From NCBI GenBank assembly GCA_963827655.1, contig CAWHCF010000022.1, positions 256,001-320,000 on the forward strand: a stretch of DNA of 64,000 nucleotides, in the 5' to 3' direction. Both the position numbers and the translations under genes were made by a program. The notes beneath the pieces are model-generated. The model made no database searches. It had not been told where the DNA came from and saw only the letters and a program-made list of their open reading frames with translations. This DNA is from an uncultured Acidobacteriota bacterium. Its GTDB lineage: Bacteria; Acidobacteriota; UBA6911. Numbering within the stretch: the stretch's first letter is position 1; each line of letters begins with the position of its first letter. Shown here piece after piece: positions 1 to 11,147 of the stretch.

Positions 1-484
1 GCGGGAAACCTGGAACACACTGGAATCCGCCCTGCTCGCCGGAAGTATCGGTCAGGCTCAGAACCCCCTGCACCTTGGACTCGAGCGGACGGAGCGAGGT
101 GTCGATATCCCAATGGATGAAGCCCTGGAAATCCCAGCCGGGACGCGCAGGCGGGTTCAGGTTGACGCGGTCGATGGTCACCCAGAGCTTCTCGGTCCCC
201 CAGATATCGGCAAACGCCGCATGAACACGCGGATACTGTCGATTGTCCCAGAGCGTCTGGTGATGGTAGAGCTCCACCATGCCGCTCTGGTTCAATTCGG
301 GCATGCCGTTGAGACGCTCAGGGTCCCGATACCAGGTCGAAGGATCGTTGCGGTCCATCTCGAGGAAATTCCAGATCACGCCGATCACCGCCTCCAGGTT
401 TTCCCTCGGAACGGCGTCGTGCACAATCACGTAACCGTTGTCTTCCCAGAAGTCACGATCGGCTGCGCTCAAGACCCGCGTCAT
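1..484 (-). CDS. Phytanoyl-CoA dioxygenase (PhyH) family protein, 3' end outside window
   Basis: Manual translation from ATG at 484: MTRVLSAADRDFWEDNGYVIVHDAVP...GFIHWDIDTS...VQGVLSLTDTSGEQGGFQCVPG. It has the HxD motif and the GG-x-x-x-VPG pattern of PhyH enzymes. Absent from the ORF track because it runs off the edge. Confidence 0.8.
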   Translation of the reverse strand, partial: MTRVLSAADRDFWEDNGYVIVHDAVPRENLEAVIGVIWNFLEMDRNDPSTWYRDPERLNGMPELNQSGMVELYHHQTLWDNRQYPRVHAAFADIWGTEKLWVTIDRVNLNPPARPGWDFQGFIHWDIDTSLRPLESKVQGVLSLTDTSGEQGGFQCVPGFP

Positions 485-552
485 GGTTCGTTTCTTCGTG
501 TCTTCGCGTCTTCGTGGTTAGTGCGAACTCAGAGCCTCCCGGCAAAGTCGTG

Positions 553-1134
553 CTAACGCAGGATCCAGGCTACGCCTGCCAGGATGGTCGCCGAGTTGAC
601 TCCCAGATTCTCCCCGGCGGTTCCAGCGTTGGAAATATGAAAATTGCGAAACTCAAAGATCCAGCTCGCCCCCCTCTTTTTAGGAAATACCCGGACGCCT
701 ATGCCAAGCAGAAGCTGAAAGTTGAACACCCGGTCGATCTCCTTTACCTCGAGGGATGTCCACAGCAAGCCTGCCCCCGCGCTGACATAAGGAGTCCAGT
801 TGCGATCGTTCCGGAAATGGTAACGGCCGGCGACGCCGGCCAGGCCGCCTGAAATGGCGGCGGGCTGAATGTGAACCAGCAGAGTTCCTTCTCCGTAAAG
901 TTCGAGACGACGGGTCACGAACCAACCCATCTGGGGATGAAAGGCTATGGATTGAATGTCACTTTGCGTCTTGCCATAGCCGGGTAAGCCGGCGGACCAG
1001 GAATGCCCCCACCCGAAGGACAATCCTCGAGTCCGGCTATCCGAGTCGAACAGTAACTGTTGCGCCACACCAGGGTCGGCCAGCAGAGCAGTCACCGCCA
1101 GGACGCGAAGGCCTGAAAGAAGGCAACGAGCCAT
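553..1134 (-). CDS. Acyloxyacyl hydrolase / PagL-like lipid A 3-O-deacylase (outer-membrane beta-barrel)
   Basis: Signal peptide, amphipathic beta strands, FNFQ..LGIGVR and HISNAG...NLGVN motifs. Confidence 0.8.
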   Translation of the reverse strand: MARCLLSGLRVLAVTALLADPGVAQQLLFDSDSRTRGLSFGWGHSWSAGLPGYGKTQSDIQSIAFHPQMGWFVTRRLELYGEGTLLVHIQPAAISGGLAGVAGRYHFRNDRNWTPYVSAGAGLLWTSLEVKEIDRVFNFQLLLGIGVRVFPKKRGASWIFEFRNFHISNAGTAGENLGVNSATILAGVAWILR

Positions 1135-2094
1135 TACCGGGCCGTTGGTTGTGCGACCACGTTCGTCGGTTTTCCCTTGAGGTAATTCCAGACATTCTCG
1201 ACGGCAAGCTGGAGACCGGCCTCCAATACTTCTGGAGACACGCCCGCGGAATGAGGAGTGAGAACAACATTGGAAAGTCGAGTCAGCGGATGGCCCTGCG
1301 GCAGCGGTTCGGTCTCGAACACGTCCAGCCCTGCCCCGGCAATCCGGCGGGCAGAAAGGGCCTCGACCAGCGCCCCCTCGTCGACGATGGCGCCGCGAGC
1401 CGTGTTAATGAGGATCGCCGAGGTCTTCATCATCCGCAGTTCGCGGGCTCCAATGAACCCGGTACTCTCCGGAGATAGTCGAAGATGCAGGCTGACTACG
1501 TCGGCGGTCTTCAAAAGCGTCTCGAGCGCAACCAGTTCGATCCCGAGGGCGGGATTCGGATGCATAGTCCAGGCAATGACGCGCATGCCGATTCCCGAGC
1601 CCAGGCGCGCGAATTGACGGCCGATCGCTCCCAGGCCGATGATACCCAGAGTCTTGCCGTGGAGCAGCATCATCTCGCCGCGCGGCCAGCCCCCGCGCCT
1701 GGTTTCCTGATCAAGCTGTGGAAGGCGGCGCGCTATGGCCAGCATCAGCGCAAGGGAGTGCTCGGCGATCGCCACGGCCGCGACGCCAGGGGTATTGGTG
1801 ACCGTCACCCCGTGCTTGGCCGCGGCGCCGAGATCGACATTGTCGGTCCCGGTGCCCCAAATCGAAAGGAGGCGAAGACGAGGCGAGCTGGGAGAAGACG
1901 CGTTCGCTGAATCTCGAGGAGGCGCGTATATTGATGACGATTTCGGCATCGGCGACGCGCTCGATGAGCTTGTCCTCCGAGCCGGGGAGAGTATTGTAAT
2001 AGGCGACCGCCCTTTGTTCCAGAAGCCGGTAAGCCTGGCTGGTGAACATCACCGGCGGCGCGTCGTCGGGAATGACAATTTTCGGTTCGGTCAC
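1134..2094 (-). CDS. D-isomer-specific 2-hydroxyacid dehydrogenase (phosphoglycerate dehydrogenase-like); frameshift near 1900
   Basis: GTGTDNVD, GIIGLGAIG, INTARG, GLDVFETEP, LTPHSAG motifs; N-terminus lies in ORF 1711..2094. Confidence 0.88.
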
Positions 2095-2188
2095 AATAGA
2101 GATTCTCAGTGTCTTCGAGTCTTCGTGCCTGGTGCGGCGGGAAAAAAGCCAACCTCTAGGACACGAAGACTCGAAGAAACGCCAAGAA

Positions 2189-5100
2189 TCAGAACTCCAA
2201 GCTGAAGATCAGAATCGTATATAGCCTGCCGCCCAGCCCCGAGAAACTTCCTTGCGTGCTTGTGATTTTCCCAAACGACTGGGGGTTCGTGAAATTAACC
2301 GCATTGTTCGGCGCCGAGAAAAAGGGAACCTTGAAAGGATTGTTGACGTCGACCCGCAGCGTTCCCTTTACGCGTTCCCCCACCAGGATCGTCTTGGCCA
2401 GAGTCACCTGATGCCAGAGCAAGCCGGGGCCGGTAACAATGTTGCGGCCCGTCTGCCCCGGCGTGAAAGACGCCGGGTAAGCGAAAGCATTGAGGTCGAC
2501 CCAGGGTTCCTTGCAAGACACGATATGACGGCAAGGTCCGCTGCGATCGAACGGAATGCGAATGTCGTCGTAGGTTTTACCCGGCGCCAGATTGGGTCGC
2601 AGGGTTCCCGGGAGGAAAACGTTATTCGAGCCGGCAAGGTGAAGGTCAAAGGCGCGCCGCTCTCGATCGTCTGGATCATGCCGAAGCGCCAGTCGCTGAT
2701 CAGTTTGTTTACAAATCCATTGCCGTCGCTGGCAAACTTTCTCCCTCGGCCAAACGGCAGGTCGTACAAACCGTACGTCACCCAGCGGTGCGCCACGTCG
2801 TAGCTCGAACGCCCCTTCTCCAGCCGGCGGTTGTAGAAAGTGATGCCGCCCGCGCCGGCGTCGTTGCTCGACTCATCCAGCGCCTTGCTCCAGGTATAAA
2901 AGGAGGTCAGGTTGAACCCCATCGAATAGCGCTTGTCGATTTTCAGGGTTCCTGAATGGAAGCTGTTGTGGCCGTAGTTACTGTAATGGGATATGGCGCC
3001 GAAATGCGGGTAGGGACGGAAGTTTTGCGAGGCCGTCCGTATGCGGTTGAGCTCGTCGAAGCTCTGCGCGATATCGAGAGGAATGGCGTTGATGTCCCAG
3101 CGGTTCAGCAGGCCGACCCCGGAAGAGCCCTGATAGTTGGCTTCGAGAACCAGACTATCGCCCAGCTGAAACTGAAGCCCGGCATTCCAGTTGAGGATAT
3201 AGGGCGACCGCATCTGGGGATCGAAATAGGACGCGGCGCGGCCGCTGTAATTCGTGCCGAGAAATGGGGCGGTCCCGTCCGGCAGGACGTTGAACGCGAA
3301 GGACGGCGGCCCCTGCCGCAGGTAAAACGCGGTGCTGGGATCTCCGGGCGGAGGCTGCACGACCGCGGTGGCAAGATACTCCTCGAAATTCTCGCGCAAC
3401 CCGGTGGTCCAGAGATCGAGAGTGTTCACCGCAAATCCGCCGCGGAAGACCCAGTTCTTGGCGAAGTTGTAGGCCAGCCCCAGGCGGGGTTGGAAGTTAT
3501 TCAGGTCGCGCGCGGCAAGGTTTCCGTCAGGGTGAAGCAGACCCCCTCTTTGTCCGGTCAATGGATCGATCGCGTCGGGACTGAACTGGGTCTGCTGGCC
3601 GTACTTGGTGTTGAAGGGGGTCTCATACTGCCAGCGCAGTCCGAGGTTGAGAGTCAGATTGGGCGAGACCTTCCAATCGTCCTGGAAATACAACGAGTGA
3701 GTCCACCAGCGGGGAAGCCACGTGGCCAGCGCCTGAGTGAATTCGGCGCGCACCACGGAACCCAGCAGGAACGACGCGAATTGATTGCCGGTGTTGGGCC
3801 GGAAGGGAAAGTCTGTGCCGCCGAACGTGTATCGCCCGGAAGGCTGCTCGACCAGAATTGAATTGGCCCGCGTCCGGAGCAGTTCGTATCCGGCCTTGAA
3901 GGTGTGCCGGCCTCGCACCATGGTCAAGTTTTCCTGCAGGCTCATATTCTCGGTCACTTCGCCTTCCTTGCCTTCAGGAAACCTGGCGTCAAAGAGGTAG
4001 TCGGTTGCGGTGCGCATGAAGCCGGGCATGGTCTGGCGCTGGGGCATTGGGTATGCCAAGCTGCTGCGCCCAGTTCTGATCCAGACTCTCCGGAACACGC
4101 GAGAACTTGCGGCGATTCCCGCCCACGCGAATTTCGTTGATAGTCCTGGGACTGAGCGTGATGGTGTCGGAGATCACGACTTGCGTCTGGTCGATGGGAA
4201 TGGGAGTGTGGTTGTAATCAAAGATCGGGTTTGCATACTGAACGTTCCAGCGATCGAAAAACGACCGGTGGCGGTAGTTCGAGAGACGACCGAAGATCTT
4301 ATGATCATTCGAAAATGAGTGATCGATCTTGTAGTCGGTGCCGGTGCGGTAGGAGCGATAGACGGTATCCGCGCTGAGGTTATTCATCGGCCCGGTTCGA
4401 GTCATGAACGCCTGGTTGAAGCGGTTGTTTTCGGGCGAGTACGGGTTGAAACTGAGAAACTTCGCAGCCACCGGGTCAAAACGGCTCTGCGGTATCTGGT
4501 TGCCCGGGAACTGCGTCCGGGAATAAGTGCCGTCCGCGAGCCGGACCGTCGTAGCCGGGTCGTAAATGGGATCGCCGATTCCGCCGAAGCTGAAATCGCC
4601 CGCCATCATCGCCGGACTCGGGACGGTACGCTGAGCGTCCTCTGAAGCTTTTTCGTGATGACGCTGAAAGCCGATCAGAAAGAAGGTCTTGTTGTGCCCG
4701 TCATACAGCCCCGGAATAATGACCGGACCACTCAAGGCCCCGGTTATCATGTGATACCCGAAGCTTCCCAGCGGGATATTGGGGTCTTGCCAATTTCGGT
4801 GAATCTGCTCCTTGCTCAAGTAGCGCTCTTCGGCCAGACCATGAAACTGGTTGGAGCCGCTCTTGTACGTGATATTCATGATCCCGCCGCCCGAGTGTCC
4901 GTATTCGGCGGGAAGCGCGGTGGTCAATACCTTCACCTCTTCGATGTTCTGCTCGACGGTCGCCAGGAAGCGATTGGTCGCAATCTCGCCGCGCACCGGT
5001 TCCATCCCGGAAACTCCCTCCATGGTGGCGACAAACGCTCGCGAACGCTGCCCGCCAACGTTGCCGCCGGCTCCCTGAGATGTGACGCCGGGCATGTACC

Positions 5101-5553
5101 AGAGGATGCTCTGGATCTTCTGCTGCGGGGTCGGCAGCTTGTTGCGGATATCGCCGCTCACGAGATGCCCGACGGTCGAGGTTTCGGTTTCGAGCAGCGG
5201 CGTCTCGGCCTTGACCTCGATGGAATCGACCACCTGGCCGATTTCGAGAACTACGTCGACACGGGTTGTCTCCGTCGACCGCACCGTGATGTTGCTGTTT
5301 ACCGTTTTTTTGAAACCCTGAGCCTCGAAGGTAATTTCGTAGGTGCCAGGGTTGAGGTACGGAATGCGATACATCCCCTCTTCGTTGGTCAACGCGTCGT
5401 AGGTAAAACCGGTTCCGCGTGCTGCAAGTGCACTGCCACTCCGGGAACAATTCCGGACGTCGTATCGGTAACCCGCCCGACAATGGTCCCCTGTCCCGTC
5501 TGGGCGAAGGCATTTGCTGTAATCAGAAGCAGAAAGGTCGCGCAACGCAACAT
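2189..5553 (-). CDS. TonB-dependent receptor with carboxypeptidase-regulatory-like N-terminal domain (Acidobacteria type); several frameshifts
   Basis: Signal peptide then GTIVGRVTDTTSGIVPG; YFQDDWKVSPNLTLNLGLRWQY; NNFQPRLGLAY; C-terminal aromatic residue. Pieces in ORFs 5389-5640, 3989-5545, 2404-4098 and 2189-2521. Confidence 0.88.
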
Positions 5554-5744
5554 GCTTGCCTCCCGTTGCAGAAAAATGGAATTGGAGATTTCCCGTTGAA
5601 GACTTTTATAGTCTATCGGCGGTCCATTTCGCAAGCACAAATTCTCAGTGTCTTCGCGTCTTCGTGGTGAGTCCGGCGGACAAAACCAACCACTAAGACC
5701 GAAGACGCGAAGAACCTAGAACCTTGAACTCTAAGGAGAATCTC

Positions 5745-7617
5745 ATGACAAACCTCCGGATGGCGTTTCTCGTATTGATCTTCTTCTCGGCCACGGTGTC
5801 GGCGAAAGACATCACCCTGGTTATCGATACACCTCTTGCGCCCCCGGGTTGGGCATTGATGGAACGGGAGCTTCTTCGAGCCAATTCCAGCGCATGCGAA
5901 CGCTTCGCCGCGAAGTATCTCGATCAGCGCGGATACCTGCTGCATACGCCGCGGTGGGGCACTCTCGACGGACCCGACGACGCGATCGAAACCTTCCACA
6001 ACTGGACTCTCCTCCATGCTCTGGGAGGTTCGGATTCCGTCCTCCGGCTGTTCAAGAAGGCTCTCGAAGGCCACCTTCAACAATATAAGGAACTGCGGAC
6101 CAGCAAGACCGAACTGGCCAAAGACGGCGCCTACTACAAGGAATTCATCACCATGTCGGATTGGTTCCACACGGGCGAAGGGATGCGCGGTTTCATGTTC
6201 CTGGGACTTAGCGACCCAACCGACGAGCGGCTGAGCCAGCGCATGCGGCGATTTGCAGGTTTTTACATGAACGAGGATCCGGAGGCGCCCAACTACGACC
6301 CCAAGCACAAGATCATCCGCAGCCTGTGGACCGGCAGCAAGGGACCCATGCTCCGTAAAGCCACGACCTACGACTGGGTGGGAGACTCCGTGCCCGGCCG
6401 CTTCCACGCGCTTCACGGCCCTGCGGGGCGAAGACGAAATGGTCGATCTCGAAGCCCACTACCCGAAGATGCTGGCGCATTGCGCCGAGTACCTCGACAG
6501 CGTGGGAGATCACCCGCTCAACCTCGCATCGACCAACCTGGCGCTCAATGCTTACATGTTGACCCACGAACAAAAGTACCGGGACTGGACCCTGGAATAC
6601 GTCAACGCCTGGAAGCAGCGGACTGAAGCTAACGGGGGGAACATCCCCACCAACATCGGCCTCGACGGAACCATAGGGGGCGAGTACGGCGGCAAATGGT
6701 ACAAAGGCACCTACGGCTGGAACTTCACGATCTATGACGGCGAGATCGACCAGATCGGCCATCGCAACACCTTCGCCTCGGGAATGTGGCCCGGGTTCGG
6801 CAATGCCCTGCTGCTCACGGGCGACCAGGCCTACGTGGCCACTCTCCGCCGGCAGATGGACAATCTCTACGCTCAGAAAAAGACCGTCAATGGAAGAGTG
6901 ACGATCCCTCAGATGTATGGCGACCCTCGAGGACACGGCCAAACCGGCCAGGAAAGCTGGTATCACTGGACGACGAATCTATTGACAGATCGGCTGACCG
7001 AAATCTACCTCTGGTCGATGGACCGGAAGGATCTGGAACGGGTTCCCCAAACGGGTTGGATCGGATTCCTGGAAGGAGCTCAGCCTGACTTTCCCGAGAC
7101 GGCGTTGCGAGCGGATTTCCAGCATATCCGGGCCAAAACCGCAGAGATGCGCAACGATCCGACCACGGCGGACACACGCCTTGCGGATTGGCCCATGGGC
7201 CTGAATCCGGCGACAACCCAGACCCTGGTCAATCTGATGCTCGGAGGATACCTGACCGGTAACATCTGGACCCTGCACAGCCGGGTCCGTTACTTCGATC
7301 CCATCCAGCGGCGTTCCGGCCCGCCCGAGGATGTGGCGGCACTGGTGGAAAAACTCGGGACGGACTCGGTGACATTAACCCTGGTGAACACAAACCAGGT
7401 TCACCCGCGCACCGTGATCGTGCAGGCCGGCGCATACGGCGAGCATCATTTCAATTCGGTCGCTTTCAATGGCAAGACCGAGGCCGTGGACCATCCCTTC
7501 GTCACGACCCGGCTTGAGCCCGGATGTGGAACCCGGATGGTGTTTACCATGAAGCGCTATGCCAATCAGCCGACGGTGGCGCAGCCCTGGGATCGAGGAT
7601 GGATGGTCAAACGCTAG
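5745..7617 (+). CDS. Exported hypothetical protein; frameshift near 6435
   Basis: AAGGAG RBS, signal peptide, and two consecutive protein-like ORFs (5724-6626 and 6439-7617). Confidence 0.7.
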
Positions 7618-8309
7618 CCTTCGAGTCTTCGCGTCCCGGCGGTGAGTTTTCTTCTGCAGCGCGTGCGACAAGATAGGCAAGCGAGCGGCCGGTCCCGCTT
7701 CGAAGCCGCCCCGCCCATGACGTGTGGATTCTGGGCCACTCCGATTGCGCGATCACGCCGCTCTCGACTACCTCGAAACCCGCCGCTCGATAGCTGGCCG
7801 TCAGCGAAGGCGTCATCGTACCGGCAAGAACCGGATCAAGCCCCAGCCGCGTAATCTCGGAGCGATCCCTTCGGGAATCGAGGCTGATGACGACCTCCAG
7901 CCACGCGCCCGGCGCGCAGATGCGTCGCAGGTTTTGGAGCACGCGATCCTCGCCGCCGGCCAAAGCGCGAAGCAGACTCCCCCAGGGAAAATGCACGTGT
8001 ACTTCGTCAGCCACACCGTCGAGCTCCGAGGGGAGTTCCTCGACCGAGGCATGCAAGAACAGAATATTCGGCACTCCCCCCTTCGCACGCTTCCGATGGA
8101 CTCTTTCAGAGACCTTCTTCAGGGCTCCGGCGCTGGCGTCTATCCCGATGTAGAAGCTCCCGGGATTGCGGCGAGCGCACTGGTATACAAAGCGCCCGTC
8201 GCCCGTCCCGAGATCGATGATCACGCCTCCGCCGGTAGGGAGCAATGAGATCAAGGAATTCTTGTCAGTCGAGCTAATAAAAGCCTTTCCCGCGAATTAC
8301 CCTTAACAT
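7607..8309 (-). CDS. 16S rRNA (adenine(1408)-N1)-methyltransferase, NpmA/KamB family; best ATG (8309) is out of frame with the body
   Basis: IDLGTGDG, YIGID, KGGVPNILF, FPWGSLL and TSWAGRL carry the family's SAM motif and both conserved Trp residues. GAAAGGA RBS precedes ATG 8309 (MLRVIRGK). Confidence 0.88.
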
Positions 8310-8487
8310 GATGCGATCCTTTCAATAACAGTGAGTATAGGGGTCGGGTCTGCGCCTGGCAAGACTCTGGGTTTCCTCCGTCCTTCGCGTCTTCGTGTCT
8401 TGGAGGTTCGGTTTTGTTCGCTCGATTTGAACTTTTTCCGCGAGACCTGAATCTAACCTCGCAGATAACCATATCGAGGTCACGTAT

Positions 8488-9670
8488 ATGAGGGAAAGAA
8501 TAAGGCACCTGTTTCTCGCCTGCGCCTCGGCCGGCCTGGTGTTCTTGCTGTCGGAAATCCCGGCCGCCGCGCAGCAAAAAGATGCACAGATCAAGTATGA
8601 GCTGAAAGAATTCCTGGGACTTCAGATACCCCCGGGACTGGACGTTTTCGCCCTGCGAATTCCTGCGGACAACCCTATAACCCCCGAAAAAGTCGACGCT
8701 CGGCCGGCTGCTTTTCTTCGACCGCGCCCTCTCGAGCGACAACACCGTCTCTTGCGCCGACTGTCACCATCCGAACCTGGCCTTCACGGATGGCAGGCCG
8801 GTCGCAACCGGAATTAGAGGACAAAAGGGAGGGCGCAGCGCGCCTACCCTGATCAATCGCGCCTTCAGCGCGTCGCAGTTCTGGGACGGCAGAGCCGCTT
8901 CTCTGGAGCAGCAGGCGAAAGGGCCGATGCTCGACCCGCTCGAAATGGGCAACCGTTCTCATGAAGACATCGTCGTAAGGCTGGAACGCCTTGACGTCTA
9001 CCGCGGGCTGTTCAAGGAGGCCTTCGGCACGGAGTCCATTACTATCGATCGGGTCGCGCAGGCGATCGCCACGTTCGAAAGAACACTGCTTTCGGGGAAT
9101 TCTCCCTTCGATCGCCACCAGCGTGGGGATGCAGGAGCAGTCAGCGCCTCGGCCAGGCGGGGCTTCGATCTGTTTCGCGGAAAGGCTCAGTGCGACACCT
9201 GTCACACCGGCTTCAATTTCACCGACGAACAATTCCACACCTTAGGCTCGAGCTACCAGCGGTCCGACTCTGACTTCGGCCTGTTTCACGTCACGAAGCG
9301 CCAGGGAGATAAGGGTAAGTTCAAGACCCCGACGCTGCGCGAGATAGCCAACACCGGGCCGTATATGCATGACGGTCGCTTCAGAACATTGGAGGAAGTA
9401 GTCGATTTCTATGGCCGCGGCGGACTCGATGGGGGCCGTTGCGCCCCGGCCGGGATTGGTGGTTTGAATAGCCTGGGCTTGCCGCTGCCTGTACCTGGCG
9501 CGCTTCCGCGGGTGCTGCAACAACGGCTGCCAGCGGGCCTTGGTTCCGGCCCAACCGAGATAGTTCCGTTAAACCTGAGCCAGAAGGATAAGCGGGACCT
9601 GGTGGAATTCTTGAAGTCTCTAAGCGGCGAAGGGTGGCAGCATGTCGAGCCTCCCGAGAGAATTCCCTGA
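8488..9670 (+). CDS. Di-heme cytochrome c peroxidase (CCP/MauG family); frameshift near 8700
   Basis: CADCH and CDTCH heme motifs, QFWDGRA, FKTPTLRE, PYMHDG. Confidence 0.9.
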
Positions 9671-9772
9671 GGCCAGGGTAACCACAAAGACTGGAAGACA
9701 CGAAACGCAAATAAAGCGGCTTGCTGCGGCCAGTCCGGTGTGCGATAAAGGACCTCTGAAAAGAGGTGTGCC

Positions 9773-10738
9773 ATGCAATGTCCGGACTGTGAGGTCATTG
9801 ACCGACGGCAGTTTCTGAAAACTGCAGCCGCAGCTAGCGCCGGCGCCCTTGGCGCCGTCGCTGCGCCTAAATTCAAAGGATCCTCCGAGACTCTGGTGAC
9901 CACGCTTTACCAGAGCCTCTCAGCGGAACAGAAAAAGACGGTTGTGTTCCCTTTCGACCATCCTCTGCGTTCGAAGGTGGATGCCAACTGGCAAATCACT
10001 CCGGCCAAGATCGGAACGGCCTTCACCTCCGATCAACAGGCCATGATCGAGGAAATCTTCCGGGGTTTGCACAACCCTGAATTTCTCGACAAGGTCTTAT
10101 ATCACATCAAGGAAGATGGCGGCGGGATCGGAAACTACTCGGTCGCCCTCTTTGGTGAGCCCGGCAGCGGCGCATTCGAGTTCGTGCTGACAGGGCGGCA
10201 CTGCACGGCTCGATGTGATGGCGATTCGGTGGCAGGGGTCGCATTCGGGGGCCCGATCTTTTACGGGCACGCATCGCAAAGCTTCAACGAAAAACCGGAT
10301 CATCCCCAGAATGTCTACTGGTTTCAGGCGCTCCGGGCCAATCAGGTGTTTCAGGCGCTGGATGGAAAGCAGCGGCAACTGGCTCTGCTCGGCGATCCGC
10401 GCGAGGAGAAGTCGACCGATACCGTTGCTTTGAGAAAACCGGGCGAGGCGCCGGCCGGCCTGCCTGTTTCCGAAATGGCTCGCGACCAGAGAGAGCTGGT
10501 CGAAAAGGTTCTCGCCGATCTTCTGCTGCCGTTCCGCAAGAAGGACAGCGATGAGGCGATGAAGTATATCAACGCTAACGGCGGGGTTAAGTCGCTCTCC
10601 ATGTCGTTTTACAAAAACCTGGATGTCGGCGGCGATGGCGTCTGGGACGTGTGGCAGCTGGAAAGCCCCACCATGATCTGGTATTTCCGGGGTAGTCCGC
10701 ACGTGCACACGTGGGTGAACATCCGCGCGAAGGCGTAG
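9773..10738 (+). CDS. DUF3500 domain-containing protein with Tat signal
   Basis: RRQFL twin-arginine motif; LYQSLSAEQK..FPFDHPLR; FGGPIFYGH; FRGSPHVH. Confidence 0.75.
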   Translation: MQCPDCEVIDRRQFLKTAAAASAGALGAVAAPKFKGSSETLVTTLYQSLSAEQKKTVVFPFDHPLRSKVDANWQITPAKIGTAFTSDQQAMIEEIFRGLHNPEFLDKVLYHIKEDGGGIGNYSVALFGEPGSGAFEFVLTGRHCTARCDGDSVAGVAFGGPIFYGHASQSFNEKPDHPQNVYWFQALRANQVFQALDGKQRQLALLGDPREEKSTDTVALRKPGEAPAGLPVSEMARDQRELVEKVLADLLLPFRKKDSDEAMKYINANGGVKSLSMSFYKNLDVGGDGVWDVWQLESPTMIWYFRGSPHVHTWVNIRAKA

Positions 10739-10753
10739 GATCGCAGAGCGACA

Positions 10754-10980
10754 GCGTCTGTCCCGAAGGGACAGCGGACATTAGCCGGTGGTGAAACCAC
10801 CGGGGAGGGGCGATACCAACCAATGCGCCCTGGCGGGGCCGGACGCGAGCACGGTTCCACAAGATCGGCGGTAAGAATGCAAGGCTCGTCCCGCGCCCTT
10901 CCGGGGCGCGCCGACCACGGTCATCCGCTCCCGGTGATTTCATCACCGGCTAATATCCCTTGTCCCTCCGGGACAAAGCG
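10754..10980. repeat. REPIN-like composite inverted repeat (about 225 bp)
   Basis: Left arm cgtctgtcccgaagggacagcggacattagccggtggtgaaaccaccgg matches the reverse complement of 10931-10980; each arm holds internal hairpins. Confidence 0.8.
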
Positions 10981-11147
10981 CGCGATGGTTTCTGATGACC
11001 CGTCGCCACAAGGATTCAGACAACCTCACCAGCCGACCACCATCACGTCAGACGTGGACGTTGAAGTGATCGTGGACATGATCGTGATCGGCCTTTCTTT
11101 ATGGTCGGGGCTACCCTTTCGGCTCCTGACTCGAATAGTCCCCTTCA

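Noticed and set aside
10823-11147. ORF 10823..11443 as a real gene
   Set aside because: It is built from the palindrome and GTGATC/GTGGAC hexamer repeats and overlaps the dehydrogenase out of frame.
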